A stretch of DNA of 64,000 nucleotides from NCBI GenBank assembly GCA_963422645.2, contig CAXXVO010000012.1, positions 96,001 to 160,000 of the forward strand, in the 5' to 3' direction. The notes under the pieces are model-generated. The model saw only the letters and a list, made by a program, of their open reading frames with translations. It was not told the DNA's origin and made no database searches. Positions 29,781 to 40,488 of the stretch are shown here, one piece after another (position 1 is the stretch's first letter; every line of letters starts with the position of its first letter). The stretch comes from Alphaproteobacteria bacterium (lineage in GTDB: Bacteria > Pseudomonadota > Alphaproteobacteria > UBA828). The position numbers and the translations under genes were made by a program.

Positions 29781-32138
29781 TCAGACTTCCTGACCTCTGC
29801 TGATTTTAGGTGACACGAGCCGCGCGGATTCCGAGGCCCCGTCGATGTCGTAGACTATGCGCAGACGGGTGCCGGGGAAGACCGTTTCGGTGGCGTTCAG
29901 GTCGCTCAGAACCGCATCGATCCAACGGTCGCAGGCGTCGTTTGCGAGGCCAAGAATGTGGACCCGCAGGAGGCCATTGCCAGGATCCGGCAGGATGTCG
30001 GCATCGGCGGTGAGCAGCGCTTGAAGCAGTTTCCGGGGATGGGGCTTGTGGCCCTGCGCCTGCATGACGGGAAGCATCATGCGGGTTTCGGCGCGGTAGG
30101 CGATCATCCGGATGACGTCGAGGAGGAGGCGCTCGCGCGCGGGCAAGGCATCGAGCTGCTCGGCTTCGTCGAGGTCGCCGGCCCGGCAGTGCTTGGGCGT
30201 CTCCCTGCGGCTGGCCCTGACGATGTCGCGGACATCCTGGAGGTCCCTGACTTCCCTCCTGAGTTCCGCCGTCGGCTGCTTCTTCCGGGCCGTGTCGGCG
30301 ATGCGGTTGCGCAGGCGGCCAAGCTGGCGGTCGAGGCGATGGATTGCCTTGTCATAGGCCCGCCGCAGCGGGTTGACGACCATGGCGGCGGGATCGAGAG
30401 GCTCGAGCTCGTGGGTCGGCAGGGCGTCGAGATTGAACTCGTCACGCATGTACTTGAAGAAGTTCTCCTGCGACCAGCGCGAGAACATGGCGCCCGCAAC
30501 CTCAGCCATCGGCTTGTGCGGATCGGTGGTGATCAGCGGCACCTGACGGCCGTTGTCGAGCAGGCGGCGGATCTGGCGCACCCTGAAGCCGTTCGGCAAC
30601 GTCACCGGCTTCTCAGCCAGCCGCATGGTGGCGCTGCCGTCCGCCGCCGGTCCGTGAATGGGAACGGTCATCGCGCCGAAGTCCTCGGCCGGCCAGTCCT
30701 CGCCCCTGAAGTTCTTGTGCCAGGTCAGGCAGGCGACGCCGCGCCTCGCCAGCCGGCGGAACAGATCCGGGCTCCAGCCCTCGCGGTCGAAGACCAGGGT
30801 GAGCGCCGGCTGGCCGGGATGCTCGGCGGTCAGGTCCGGCGCCCCGGCGCCAACGATCCCAAGCTCCTGCAGCGCCGGCACCACGTCGGCTTCGATGGCC
30901 GCGACCATCTTCGGGTCCAGCGGCTTGTGCAGACAGAGCAGCGGCTTGCCGCCCAGAGCGTTGATCCAGTAGCTGGCGCTCGCCGGCAGGCACAGCTTCT
31001 CGCGCGAGACGAAGTGCTTGGGCAAGCGCCCCTTGCGGCCGGAGTAGACCTTGACGTGCCCGTCGATGGCCAGCGTCGCCCAGAGCTCCGGCTCGTCGGC
31101 CTGCCAGCGCCTGGCAAGGGCGAGCTGCCACGCCCGCACGCCGGCCTCGTCGTCGGCGATGAGAGCGATCTTGCGGCGCAGCGTCTTGACCTCGGGGCAG
31201 CGATCGAGGCCGAGAATGGCGCCCCATTCGCCCGGCGCCTGGTAGCGCAGGCTCTCGGGGTTGCGCACCCGCGCCAAGGTCATGAAGGCCAGGAAGAGCA
31301 GGATCGTAGGCAAGCCGTAATAGCCCTTCGGCAGCAATGGCAGGAGACCGGTCTCGGAGAGAAGACCTTCCTTCAGCAGGGCCGGCAGGGCGGCGAGCAC
31401 GCCGCCGAAGCGGACACCGCGGGCGGCGGCGGCGAACTGCGGTTCGACCGGCCCCGCCTGTCCACAACTGGCCAGAACCCGAGCCGGAACATCGCAAGTC
31501 GCACGCCCCATCGGCGCCTGCCGGTCCCGCCGATCGCGCGCGCTGCGATCCGTTTGCGGCTGCGCTTCCAGCCCCGGCGCCGTCTCCGGCCCCGGGGCAC
31601 CGGTACTCTCTTCATCGACACGGCCTTCAGGAGCCGCACCCGCGTCAGGCGGCGCAGCCAGCGCTGAGCGTCCGGGCTCCCCATCCGCCTCCGTGTTGCC
31701 GATCAGTCCCTGACGGCGCCACTTGTTGACCGATGGCGCTGACACGCCGAGAACCCGGGCCGCCGCAGAGCCGCTCAGGCCCGATGCCAGCAACGCCGTC
31801 GCCTTCTCCGCCAACTCCGGAGTGAACACCGACGGCCCGCGACCGCGCCGGGGCTTCATGAACCCCGCTTCGCCCTCGGCCAGGTAGCGCCGTCGTGCGC
31901 GCTGCACCGTCGCGCGCGAGACAGCGAAAGCGTCAGCCAGTTCCTGCGGCGAGACCGCGCTGATCGCCGCGAGGCGGCCGATCCGCAAGAGCATGGCCGT
32001 GCGGTCATCGGCGGCGTGGCTGTCAAAGGGAATGAGGTTGGAAAAGTAGGTGAAGGTGTCGTCCGAGATCAGGACGGCGAAGCAGCTGTTGCCGATCGAG
32101 ACCGCCTCTGGAGGGCACATTGGGAGGGTACTGGGCAT
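29781..32138 (-). CDS. Putative DDE transposase (785 aa)
   Basis: Matches copy 2 except for one codon (WQAD vs WQGAD). Confidence 0.88.
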   Translation of the reverse strand: MPSTLPMCPPEAVSIGNSCFAVLISDDTFTYFSNLIPFDSHAADDRTAMLLRIGRLAAISAVSPQELADAFAVSRATVQRARRRYLAEGEAGFMKPRRGRGPSVFTPELAEKATALLASGLSGSAAARVLGVSAPSVNKWRRQGLIGNTEADGEPGRSALAAPPDAGAAPEGRVDEESTGAPGPETAPGLEAQPQTDRSARDRRDRQAPMGRATCDVPARVLASCGQAGPVEPQFAAAARGVRFGGVLAALPALLKEGLLSETGLLPLLPKGYYGLPTILLFLAFMTLARVRNPESLRYQAPGEWGAILGLDRCPEVKTLRRKIALIADDEAGVRAWQLALARRWQADEPELWATLAIDGHVKVYSGRKGRLPKHFVSREKLCLPASASYWINALGGKPLLCLHKPLDPKMVAAIEADVVPALQELGIVGAGAPDLTAEHPGQPALTLVFDREGWSPDLFRRLARRGVACLTWHKNFRGEDWPAEDFGAMTVPIHGPAADGSATMRLAEKPVTLPNGFRVRQIRRLLDNGRQVPLITTDPHKPMAEVAGAMFSRWSQENFFKYMRDEFNLDALPTHELEPLDPAAMVVNPLRRAYDKAIHRLDRQLGRLRNRIADTARKKQPTAELRREVRDLQDVRDIVRASRRETPKHCRAGDLDEAEQLDALPARERLLLDVIRMIAYRAETRMMLPVMQAQGHKPHPRKLLQALLTADADILPDPGNGLLRVHILGLANDACDRWIDAVLSDLNATETVFPGTRLRIVYDIDGASESARLVSPKISRGQEV

Positions 32139-32292
32139 GGTTGAGACCGTGCAATTGGTATCAAATTATAATATCAGACCTCGGGCGCGACACCCAGCGA
32201 AAAACCGCCTGAAACAACCGAAATGTATCAGAATTCAAGGAGTTCCCGGCACGCTGCCCAGAACAGCCAGCATCACGAGGTCAGGAAGTCTG
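29782..32292 (-). mobile_element. Unclassified (ISNCY-like) large IS, copy 3
   Basis: Same TIRs; 5-bp TSD AGTTT. Confidence 0.92.
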
Positions 32293-32359
32293 AGTTTAGC
32301 GCGTGCATTCGGTGCGATCGTGTTAGTGCGCGCGTTCCGCGCGACGCCGGCCGAGACCC

Positions 32360-32750
32360 TCACTCAGCGTCAACCTCGATCATCAGCCGGCAATGGTCGC
32401 TCGGACCCCATTCGTCCGCCCTGTTGAGCGCGCGCACCTTCACCCGTTCGTGGAAGCCGCGCGAGGCGATGGCGTAGTCGAACTGGCGGTTGGCCTCTTC
32501 CGGCTTGCGCCCGGTTTGCACCCACGTCGGCACGTTCTTCGTGTCGGGCGGCACGTCGGGTTGAGGCCCGGAGGGCTGCCATCCATGCGGCGCCTGCGGG
32601 CCCAGGAGTTCCAGGCCGAGCGCCGCCACCCGGTCCCAAAAGGCGCGCTCGCGCTCGGGCAGCGCCAGTGTGTTGCCCGTCGCGCCATAGATCATGTTCA
32701 GATCGCCCGCCGCGAGAATGCGGTGCCGGGACGGGTCCTCGTGGCCGATT
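32360..32750 (-). pseudogene. C-terminal fragment of an endonuclease/exonuclease/phosphatase (EEP) protein
   Basis: AGDLN, PTW, QFDY..AS, SDHC motifs; N-terminal half absent. Confidence 0.7.
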
Positions 32751-34144
32751 AACCCGCATTTCTCACCACCAACACGGTTGGGCGCGCCGTCGCGCATAAC
32801 CATTTCATTTCAATAGCTTGGGAGAAGACACGAGCGTGCGCCCGACGCCGGAACGAGGAAAATAATCACCCAGTAACCACCCCGAAGTAAACTCCAGACC
32901 ACTCCTGACCTCAAAAGCCCGCGGAAACCCTGGCAGCGGGATCGCCGCCCCGTCCTCCGCAGCCGCGCACGGCCCAGCCATGCCGTCGCCCATCCGGGCC
33001 TCGGCGGCGCCGCAGGGCCGCCCGGCCCGGCGGCGTGCGGCCCCCCGCCTGCAACCCGCATCACGATCCTTGCTCCGCGCCGGCGCCCTCACGCCGGCAG
33101 GAGGGAGAGCCCGGCCTGAAGCGGGGCGCGGCGTGCGGCGTCCGGCGAGAGGCGTCCTCGCCGCTTCCACTCACAGGCTAGCGGGAGGCGGCACATGCAG
33201 ATCAACGGCACACTCCATGGAAACGCCCGAACCTACCTCACCCACCTGTTCGGGCAAGGGCTCGATGACCAGCGCTACGTGGTCGAGCGGTACCTGTCCG
33301 ACTACTAGGGCCAGATCCGGCCCTGGCGGCCCGGCAAGGGATCGAAGGGCGGACGCAAGCAGGCGCGCAAGGCGATGAGCTTGCGGGCCGTTCAGCGGCT
33401 GCGGCCCGAGCGCCACGAGGTCATCGTCTGCACCGGGGTCAACCTGACGGACTCGGGCATGCAAATGTGGGGGAGCTACGCGGCGGGCATTTTCGTCGAC
33501 GCCCGGCGCCGCTGATCCACCGTCGGCGGGGTGTCCGCTGCGGGCGCCCCGCCGCCTCTTCGTCTCTCCCTGCCGTCTTCAACGACCGGGCTCGCCATGG
33601 CACGATGCGTCTCGATCCCCGGCATCAGCCCTCTATCCCGGACACGACCATGCCCGAAGCCGATCTTCTGCAAGCCTGCCTCGACGAGCTCGACGGCTTC
33701 GACGACTTCCTCGACCGAAGGGAGCTGGCGGAGGAGCACGCGCCGGTGCTTCTCGGCAGGACGGGCATCGCTTCCATGCTCGCCGCCCGCATCGCGCGGA
33801 CCGCGGACCCGGAGCGCAACGCTCCGCTCGACCTGTTCGGGGTCCTGGTCGAACGGGCGCAACGCGATGCCGAGAACCGACGCCGCTTCGGCGAGCCCTT
33901 CCTCGCCGAGGCGCGCGGCGCCATCGATACCCAGCCTGCGGCTGCCAAGGCCCAGTCCCCGCGCCTGGCCCAGGGTCCGGGACGCCCTCATCCGCCAACG
34001 CGCTATCGGCACCGACGTGCTCGAAGCCTGCCACGGCCGAGGCCTCCTCTACGCCGATGACAGGATCAACGCCGTCTTCATCTGCCGAAACGCCAGCGGG
34101 CACACGACCGGCGCCGAGATCCTCGGCACCGCGCCGCAGCCCGG

Positions 34145-35915
34145 AACAAAACAGTCATGGTCCCCGCGGTTCTGAGCCACCCCGTGGCATGAAACAGGAG
34201 CGGTTCGGCTGACGTTTTCCTTGCGCTTGCACCCATTTGCCGTGTCAGGATGGGTATTGGCGGAGGTGGGGACGTGTGAGCGTCGTTATATCGGTGACGT
34301 AGTTCCCGATGACAAAACTGCTTCCGGCGGCCGGCTCCGCACCCCGTATTGTACCCGGCCCGTGGCCGTGGACGCGCGGCAAATTGCACCGCACCCGCTC
34401 GTCGGATGCGTGTTCTTCCGACCGCTGTCCCCGCCTCCACCGTGGCGATGCCACGGCGTGATCGTACGCCGCCGTGGCGAGAGCGCAAATGAGGAGGAAG
34501 GCGATGAAGACGGAAGGCTTGCACGTCGTCCGGCCGCGCGCGGCGGGTCTGGACGTGCACAAGATGGAGATCACCGCGACGGTTCGCCTCTGTGAGGGCG
34601 AGGGTGAGCCGGTGGTGGAGACGCGCTGCTTCGGCACGCTGCCGAGCGGTCTGGAGGAGATGGTCGCGTGGCTGACCGGTCACGGCGTCGAGGCTGCGGT
34701 GATGGAAGGGACCGGGGTCTACTGGCAGGCGCCCTTCGCGGCCCTGGAGGCGGCCGGGCTCGAGGCGATCCTGGTGCATGCGCGTCAGGTGAAGCAGTTG
34801 AAGGGGCGCAAGACCGACGTGGCGGACAGCGTGTGGCTGGCCTGCGTGTGCCAGTTCGGGCTCTGCACGCCTTCCCACGTTCCGCCTGAGCCGTTCCGGG
34901 AGCTGCGCGCACTGAGCCGCCAGCGCCGCGTCCTGGTCAGGCAGCGCTCCGCCGTGCGCAACCGCGTGCAGAAGATCATCGACCGCGCCGGTGCGCGCAT
35001 CGGCGGCATCCTCTCCGACGTCTTCGGCGTCAACGGCCGGAAGATCCTCGACGGCCTGGCGCAGGGGACGGCGCGCGAGGTCATCCTCGCCTCGCTCACC
35101 AGCCACGTTGCGAACAAGCTGGAGGGGCTCGGCGAGGCGCTCACCCTGAGCCTGGGCGACAACGACCGCTTCATGCTCAACGACCTGCTGGAGGAGCATG
35201 ACGCGCTTGAGGCGCGCATCGCGTCCTACACCAGGAAGATCGACGGGCAGATGACACCGTGGGAGGAGCAGCTCCGTCTGCTGACCACCATCCCCGGCAT
35301 CGACCGCACCGCCGCCTCGACCATCCTCATCGAGATCGGCCCCGACATCGGCGTGTTCGCCTCCAAGGAGCACTTCGCCGCCTGGGCCGGGCTCTGCCCC
35401 GGCAACAACGAGAGCGGGGGCAAGCGCCGCAACGCACGCACCCGCATGGGCTCCAAGACCCTGCGCGCCTGCCTCGTCGAGTGTGCCCACGGCGCGGCCC
35501 GAACCAAGGGGTGCCAGTTCGAGGCTCATCACCGCGCCCTCGCCGCCCGGCGCGGCTACAAGCGCGCCATCGTCGCCGGCGCTCACAAGATGCTGCGCAT
35601 CATCTATGTGGTGCTCAAGACCGGCAGGCCCTACTACGACCGCACGGCCGACTACGACGCTCTGATGGTCAAGCGCAACGCTCCTCGGTGGATCCGCATG
35701 CTCCGCCGCTACGGCTACATCGAGCCCGTAGGCGCGGAACTCAAGGCCGCCTGAGCGGCCCGCATCTCGTCAGCCGGCTACGCGGGACCGCTTCGGACCA
35801 CATCGGGGAAGTCCACCGCTCGTCTCCGCCGCGCCGACCCTGGCGGTCTCAGCCAACGCCGTGACCTCGGGGTTGGAGCGTCACCGCGCGTCCCTCGCCA
35901 GAATCTGTTTCACGG
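34145..35915 (+). mobile_element. IS110/IS1111-family element
   Basis: CGG core at both junctions; sub-terminal IR AAACAG/CTGTTT; empty site CAGCCCGGCAAACGC encodes QPGKR in frame. Confidence 0.85.
34504..35754 (+). CDS. IS110 family DEDD recombinase/transposase
   Basis: GLDVHK, MEGTG, KTD..D, TIPGI, WAGLCP...ESGG; RBS GAGGAGG. Confidence 0.93.
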   Translation: MKTEGLHVVRPRAAGLDVHKMEITATVRLCEGEGEPVVETRCFGTLPSGLEEMVAWLTGHGVEAAVMEGTGVYWQAPFAALEAAGLEAILVHARQVKQLKGRKTDVADSVWLACVCQFGLCTPSHVPPEPFRELRALSRQRRVLVRQRSAVRNRVQKIIDRAGARIGGILSDVFGVNGRKILDGLAQGTAREVILASLTSHVANKLEGLGEALTLSLGDNDRFMLNDLLEEHDALEARIASYTRKIDGQMTPWEEQLRLLTTIPGIDRTAASTILIEIGPDIGVFASKEHFAAWAGLCPGNNESGGKRRNARTRMGSKTLRACLVECAHGAARTKGCQFEAHHRALAARRGYKRAIVAGAHKMLRIIYVVLKTGRPYYDRTADYDALMVKRNAPRWIRMLRRYGYIEPVGAELKAA

Positions 35916-36378
35916 CAAACGCTTCAGGGGCATGGCCCCGGGATCGCGCAAGGCGCGTGGCGGCTTCTGGCTCCACTGCGACCGAAACCAGCCCGCCCTC
36001 GTCATCCTCACCGAGAGCGCCGTCGACGCCATCTCTGCACGAAGCCTGCGCGTCGAGGGGACGCGCGAGAACGGCGCCGTCGTCGCCTCAACCGCCGGCA
36101 TCGCCAGCTCGGTCCCGCCCTGGATCAAGGAGTGGAAGCCACGTCGCATCGTCTGTGCCTACGACGCAGACAGCGCCGGCGACACTGCCGCCGAGCATCT
36201 CGTGCTCAACGATCCAAGGGTGAAAAGGTTGCGCCCACGACACGCCAAGGACTGGAACGAGATGCTCCTGCGGTCTCGATGAAAGCCAGGCCACTCACCG
36301 CTCTCGCAGATCAACCAAGCGCCGCATCACGAACATCAAATAATCCGAAAACCGCACCATCAAATGCTGGGCGCACGC

Positions 36379-37755
36379 TCAGCGGAAGCCCCCGGAGATC
36401 TTCTGGCGCAGCTTCATCATCCGAAGGTCGCGCTCGGCCTCGTTGTTCGTGAACCCGACCTCGAGGTCGATCAGGAACCGGAGCACCGCGCATTTGTGGT
36501 CGCGCAGCCTCAAGGCCAGATTGTGACCGATCCTTCGCTTCCGGCGCTTCTTCCTCTTGCCAGGCGAGAACGGTGGTTGGCTCTCGTGAAAGGCCAGCGC
36601 ATCGGCGATGATCTCGTCGTATCGGCGCTCGATCAGCGCCACAAGCCTCGCCGGAACGGCGATATCCTTGTCCAGCGCGATGCGGGCGGCGCGATTGGCT
36701 CGGCGCAGGAGCTGCTGCATCCGCCGGGCCCAAGCCTCCCCTTCGATGTCCACCAGCGCCTGCAACTCCCGCAGGTGATGGGCGTTGCACAGGCCGTGCT
36801 CCACCCCTTCCATCGCGAAGTACGGCTTCCAGTGATCGTGCACGACGATGCCGGAGACACCCGAGAGCAGGGCGCCGCGCTTGCCGCTGACCCGGTACGC
36901 CGCCAGCAGCGGCGTGCAGATCACATGAAGCCACTGCGTCTGACCGCCGATCCGCAAGCCGGTCTCGTCCATGTGTTTCACCCGCGCCGTGCCCGCCGCC
37001 AGGTCCTGTATGTGCAAGGCCGCGTCCCGCAGCCGCTCGGCCGCCCTCTCGCTCATCGTCGCCAACGTCGCAGCCGTCACCGGCGCGCCGAAGAGCTCGG
37101 CCATCACCTGCGACAGCCGATCCTCCGGCAGGAAGTGAGCGTGCTGAAGGTAGACCGCCACCCCGGCAATGCGCGGGCCGTACTGCACCGGCGCCGACAC
37201 CCCGTCGGGGAACGCCGCCCGGGTCACCGTCCCGCAATGCCCGCAGCACTTGGCATGCGCCCGGTGCTCGGTCACCTCCAGGGGGCTCGGCTCGGGCAGA
37301 TCGAACACCTGGCGGGCGACGGGCGTTCCCGCCCTGGCCGCGTCCGAAAGCGGCGAACCGCATCCCTTGCAGGAAGCCGGGACGTGATCCTTCACCCGAT
37401 CCGGGTGATCGGCGCGGCGCAGCGTCTTGCCCTTGTGGCCGGGCTGGCCACCGGGCTTGCGGCCCGATTTGCCGCGCAGGCTTCGGGTTCGCCGCTTCGA
37501 ATTCGGCTTCCTCAGCCCATCGCTCGAAGGCGGCTTGCCGCTGTTGCCGCTGTTGAGGCCGAGACGGCGCTCCAACTCCTCGATGCGCTCGACGAGACGC
37601 GCGACTTGCTCTTCCAGCCGCGCGTTCTGCTGCCGAAGCCAGGCATTTTCCTCCCGAAGCCGGGCGTTCTCCTCCTCCAGGCGGGCGATCTTCTGCGCGG
37701 GCGTTTCGGGCGCTGCTCCCGTCGAAGGGCCGCGCGGCGACTCGGGATTGCTCAT
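36379..37755 (-). pseudogene. IS66 transposase lacking about 43 C-terminal residues
   Basis: Ends at ISGGFR*, whereas the other copy continues SAQGAENF... Confidence 0.8.
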
Positions 37756-37869
37756 GTCGTTGTTGAGTCATTTCCCGAAATTCCCGTCAAGCCCTTTCCA
37801 CCAACTCCGAACGAGAAACGCCTCAATCCACTGGCCCAAAATGACAAATCAGACGACCTGGGCAGTTAC
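36381..37869 (-). mobile_element. IS66-family element (same as 12360-15307), 3' truncated
   Basis: Left TIR at 37856-37869; identity with the other copy stops at ISGGFR; right TIR absent. Confidence 0.88.
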
Positions 37870-38975
37870 GACTCGGGAGAAAGCGGAGCAGGCCGAGGCT
37901 GCGGCAGATAGAGCAGACGAAGCGCGGCCAGGATCGCCGTAAAGACCACCATCGCGCCCACCTGATGCGCCGCGCCGAGCGGCACCGGCACGAAGGTGAG
38001 CAAGGTGACGATCCCGAGAACGAACTGGCCGAGCACCGCCCCTGCCGCCGCGTGAAGTGCGACCCGGGCTGGCGACGGCCCCAGCCAACGCACCGCGGCG
38101 GCCCAGAGCAGGATCACGACCAGAGCGGTGAGCATCGCCAGCAGGCGGTGGTCGAGCTGCACCAGCGGCACGTTCTCGAAGAAGTTCCGCCACAGCGGCT
38201 CGATCAGGAAGATGTCCGGCGGCACGATGGCATCGGCCATCAGCGGGAAGGTGTTGTAGGCGAGACCCGCGTCGTTGCCGGCGACGAAGGCGCCCGAGAT
38301 GATCGTCAGGAACACCAGTCCCGTGGCTCCCCACACGGCGGCCCGCCACCGGCCTGCCAGCCGGACGCGCTCGACCGCGCCTCCCATCAAGAGACCGAGC
38401 GCGACCCAGATCAGGCAGCCGTAGATTGCCACCGCGAGGCCGAGATGGGCGGCGAGCCGGTAGGGGCTGACGTCGGGGCGGTCCACCAGCCCGCTCTGCA
38501 CCATGTACCAGCCGAGCAGCCCTTGAAGCCCGCCTAGAATCCCGATGGCGAGCACCTTGAGCGCCAGCGTCCGGTCGAAGGCGCGTCGGATCAGGAACCA
38601 GAGGAAGGGCAGCGCAAAGGCAATGCCGACGATGCGCCCCAGCAGCCGGTGCGCGTATTCGAGCCAGAAGATTCCCTTGAACTCGTCGAGGCTCATGCCC
38701 CGATTGATTTCCTGATACTCGGGGAAGCGCCGGTAATCGGCGAAGAGCGCCTGCCACGCCTCCTCGCCGAAGGGCGGCAGCACCCCCACCAGCGGCCGCC
38801 AGTCCACGATCGAGAGCCCGGCGTGGTGGAGACGCGTGATCCCGCCGAGCACGACCATCGCGAGCACGAGGCCGGCCAGCGCCAGCAGCCAGCAGGCGAC
38901 GCTACGGCGGCGTCGCGCGGCCCGCTCGGGTGCGACGCCGCTGCGGCGGGCAGGCCGGAGGGCCGCGGCGTCCAC
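37866..38975 (-). CDS. ctaA: Heme A synthase (COX15/CtaA type 2)
   Basis: GGITRL..AGLSI..W.P, FW.EYAHRLLGR, LQG.LGW.MV.SGL, VSPYRLAAHL, HQ motifs. Confidence 0.93.
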   Translation of the reverse strand: MDAAALRPARRSGVAPERAARRRRSVACWLLALAGLVLAMVVLGGITRLHHAGLSIVDWRPLVGVLPPFGEEAWQALFADYRRFPEYQEINRGMSLDEFKGIFWLEYAHRLLGRIVGIAFALPFLWFLIRRAFDRTLALKVLAIGILGGLQGLLGWYMVQSGLVDRPDVSPYRLAAHLGLAVAIYGCLIWVALGLLMGGAVERVRLAGRWRAAVWGATGLVFLTIISGAFVAGNDAGLAYNTFPLMADAIVPPDIFLIEPLWRNFFENVPLVQLDHRLLAMLTALVVILLWAAAVRWLGPSPARVALHAAAGAVLGQFVLGIVTLLTFVPVPLGAAHQVGAMVVFTAILAALRLLYLPQPRPAPLSPES

Positions 38976-39016
38976 GCCTGATTCGGGAGGTGTCGGCGAA
39001 AGCGGCTGCGGGCGCG

Positions 39017-40321
39017 TCAGGCGCCGGGATGCTGGGCGGAGCTGTCGATATCTCCTGCCCCGTCCGCATCACTCACGCCGCCCGCATCGTCGCGACGCGG
39101 ATAGCGCTTCGCCACGTAGTCGGCGACGATCTTCTGGAACTCCTCGGCGATGCCCGCACCGCGCAGCGTCAACGCCTTCTTGCCATCGATGAAGACCGGT
39201 GCCGCCGGCGCCTCGCCGGTCCCCGGCAGGCTGATGCCGATATCGGCATGCTTGCTCTCGCCAGGGCCGTTGACGATGCAGCCCATGACGGCGAGTTGCA
39301 TGGTCTCGACCCCTTCATAGTTCTCGCGCCAGAGCGGCATCTGCCGGCGCACGTAGTCCTGAATTCGCTCGGCGAGCTGCTGGAACACCGTGCTCGTGGT
39401 GCGCCCGCAGCCGGGGCACGCCGCCACAAGGGGCACGAAGGAGCGGAACCCCATGGTCTGGAGAATTTCCTGCGCGACGATCACCTCCTGGGTGCGGTCG
39501 CCGCCGGGCTCCGGCGTGAGCGAGATGCGGATGGTGTCGCCGATGCCCTGCTGGAGCAGGACCGAGAGCGCGGCGGTCGAGGCCACGATCCCCTTGGAGC
39601 CCATGCCCGCCTCGGTGAGCCCGAGATGGAGCGCGTAGTTGCTGCGCGCGCCGAGCTCGCCGTAGACCGCGATCAAATCCTGCACCTGCGAGACCTTGGC
39701 CGAGATCACGATCTTGTCTCGCGCGAGCCCGATCTCTTCGGCCAGCGCCGCGCTGCGCAGCCCCGACTCGACCAGCGCTTCGCGCATGACCCCGGCGGCA
39801 TCCTTGGGCTCGGGCCGGGCCGCGTTCCGGTCCATGAGCTGGGCCAGCAGGTCCTGGTCGAGGCTGCCCCAGTTGACCCCGATGCGCACCGGCCGGTCGT
39901 ACTTGAGCGCGACCTCGATCATGGTCTGAAATTGCCGGTCGCGCTTCTCGCGAAAGCCGACGTTACCCGGATTGATCCGGTACTTGGCCAGCGCCTCGGC
40001 GCACGCCGGATACTCGGTGAGCAGCCGATGGCCGTTGTAGTGAAAGTCGCCCACCAGCGGCACTTGGCAGCCGGCCGCCTCCAGCCGCTCCCGGATGTCC
40101 GGCACCGCGGCGGCAGCCTTCGGCGTGTTGACGGTGATGCGCACGATCTCCGAGCCCGTGTCGGCCAGCGCCATGACCTGCTCCGCCGTGGCGTGGGCGT
40201 CCTCGGTATCGGTATTGGTCATGGACTGGACAACGACCGGCGCGCCGCCGCCGATCGTGACGCTGCCGACCCGCACACCGACGCTCTCGCGCCGTCCCTC
40301 ACCGGAGCCATTCGTCGCCAT
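39017..40321 (-). CDS. ispG: (E)-4-hydroxy-3-methylbut-2-enyl-diphosphate synthase
   Basis: [46 protein letters not shown]. Confidence 0.97.
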   Translation of the reverse strand: MATNGSGEGRRESVGVRVGSVTIGGGAPVVVQSMTNTDTEDAHATAEQVMALADTGSEIVRITVNTPKAAAAVPDIRERLEAAGCQVPLVGDFHYNGHRLLTEYPACAEALAKYRINPGNVGFREKRDRQFQTMIEVALKYDRPVRIGVNWGSLDQDLLAQLMDRNAARPEPKDAAGVMREALVESGLRSAALAEEIGLARDKIVISAKVSQVQDLIAVYGELGARSNYALHLGLTEAGMGSKGIVASTAALSVLLQQGIGDTIRISLTPEPGGDRTQEVIVAQEILQTMGFRSFVPLVAACPGCGRTTSTVFQQLAERIQDYVRRQMPLWRENYEGVETMQLAVMGCIVNGPGESKHADIGISLPGTGEAPAAPVFIDGKKALTLRGAGIAEEFQKIVADYVAKRYPRRDDAGGVSDADGAGDIDSSAQHPGA

Positions 40322-40488
40322 ATCTGCTCCTCCAGCCGGTCAGGGACTCCATCGGCCGCTGTCTACCACAGCCCGCCTACGCCAGCCACCATACCGGCTA
40401 TCTCGAACTTCGGAGCCCGGATTCGGGCGTCCGACATGCACAAGTTCCGCGTCAACGCAGGTGCCTGAATCTCGCAATCTATGAACTA

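Larger units (their letters stand above)
33930..36282 (+). pseudogene. DUF3991/Toprim primase-like gene, 5' truncated and split by IS110
   Basis: W..VR..L...R.I...LYADDR.NAVF..GAE before the IS; ESAVDAIS..STAG..AYDAD.AG..KDWNE after it. Removing the IS restores the frame. Confidence 0.8.

Noticed and set aside
24747-32292. Composite transposon carrying the kinase/DUF3037 pair between inverted IS copies
   Set aside because: Copy 3 has its own AGTTT TSD and the outer flanks (AAAAT vs AGTTT) differ, indicating independent insertions.
32895-32912. Fourth TIR of the large IS (CAGACCACTCCTGACCTC)
   Set aside because: Gapped match with no adjacent element sequence; probably chance.
33195-33930. 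Functional genes MQINGTLH.. and MPEADLLQ..
   Set aside because: An internal stop and an abrupt fusion to the Toprim fragment; unidentifiable remnants.
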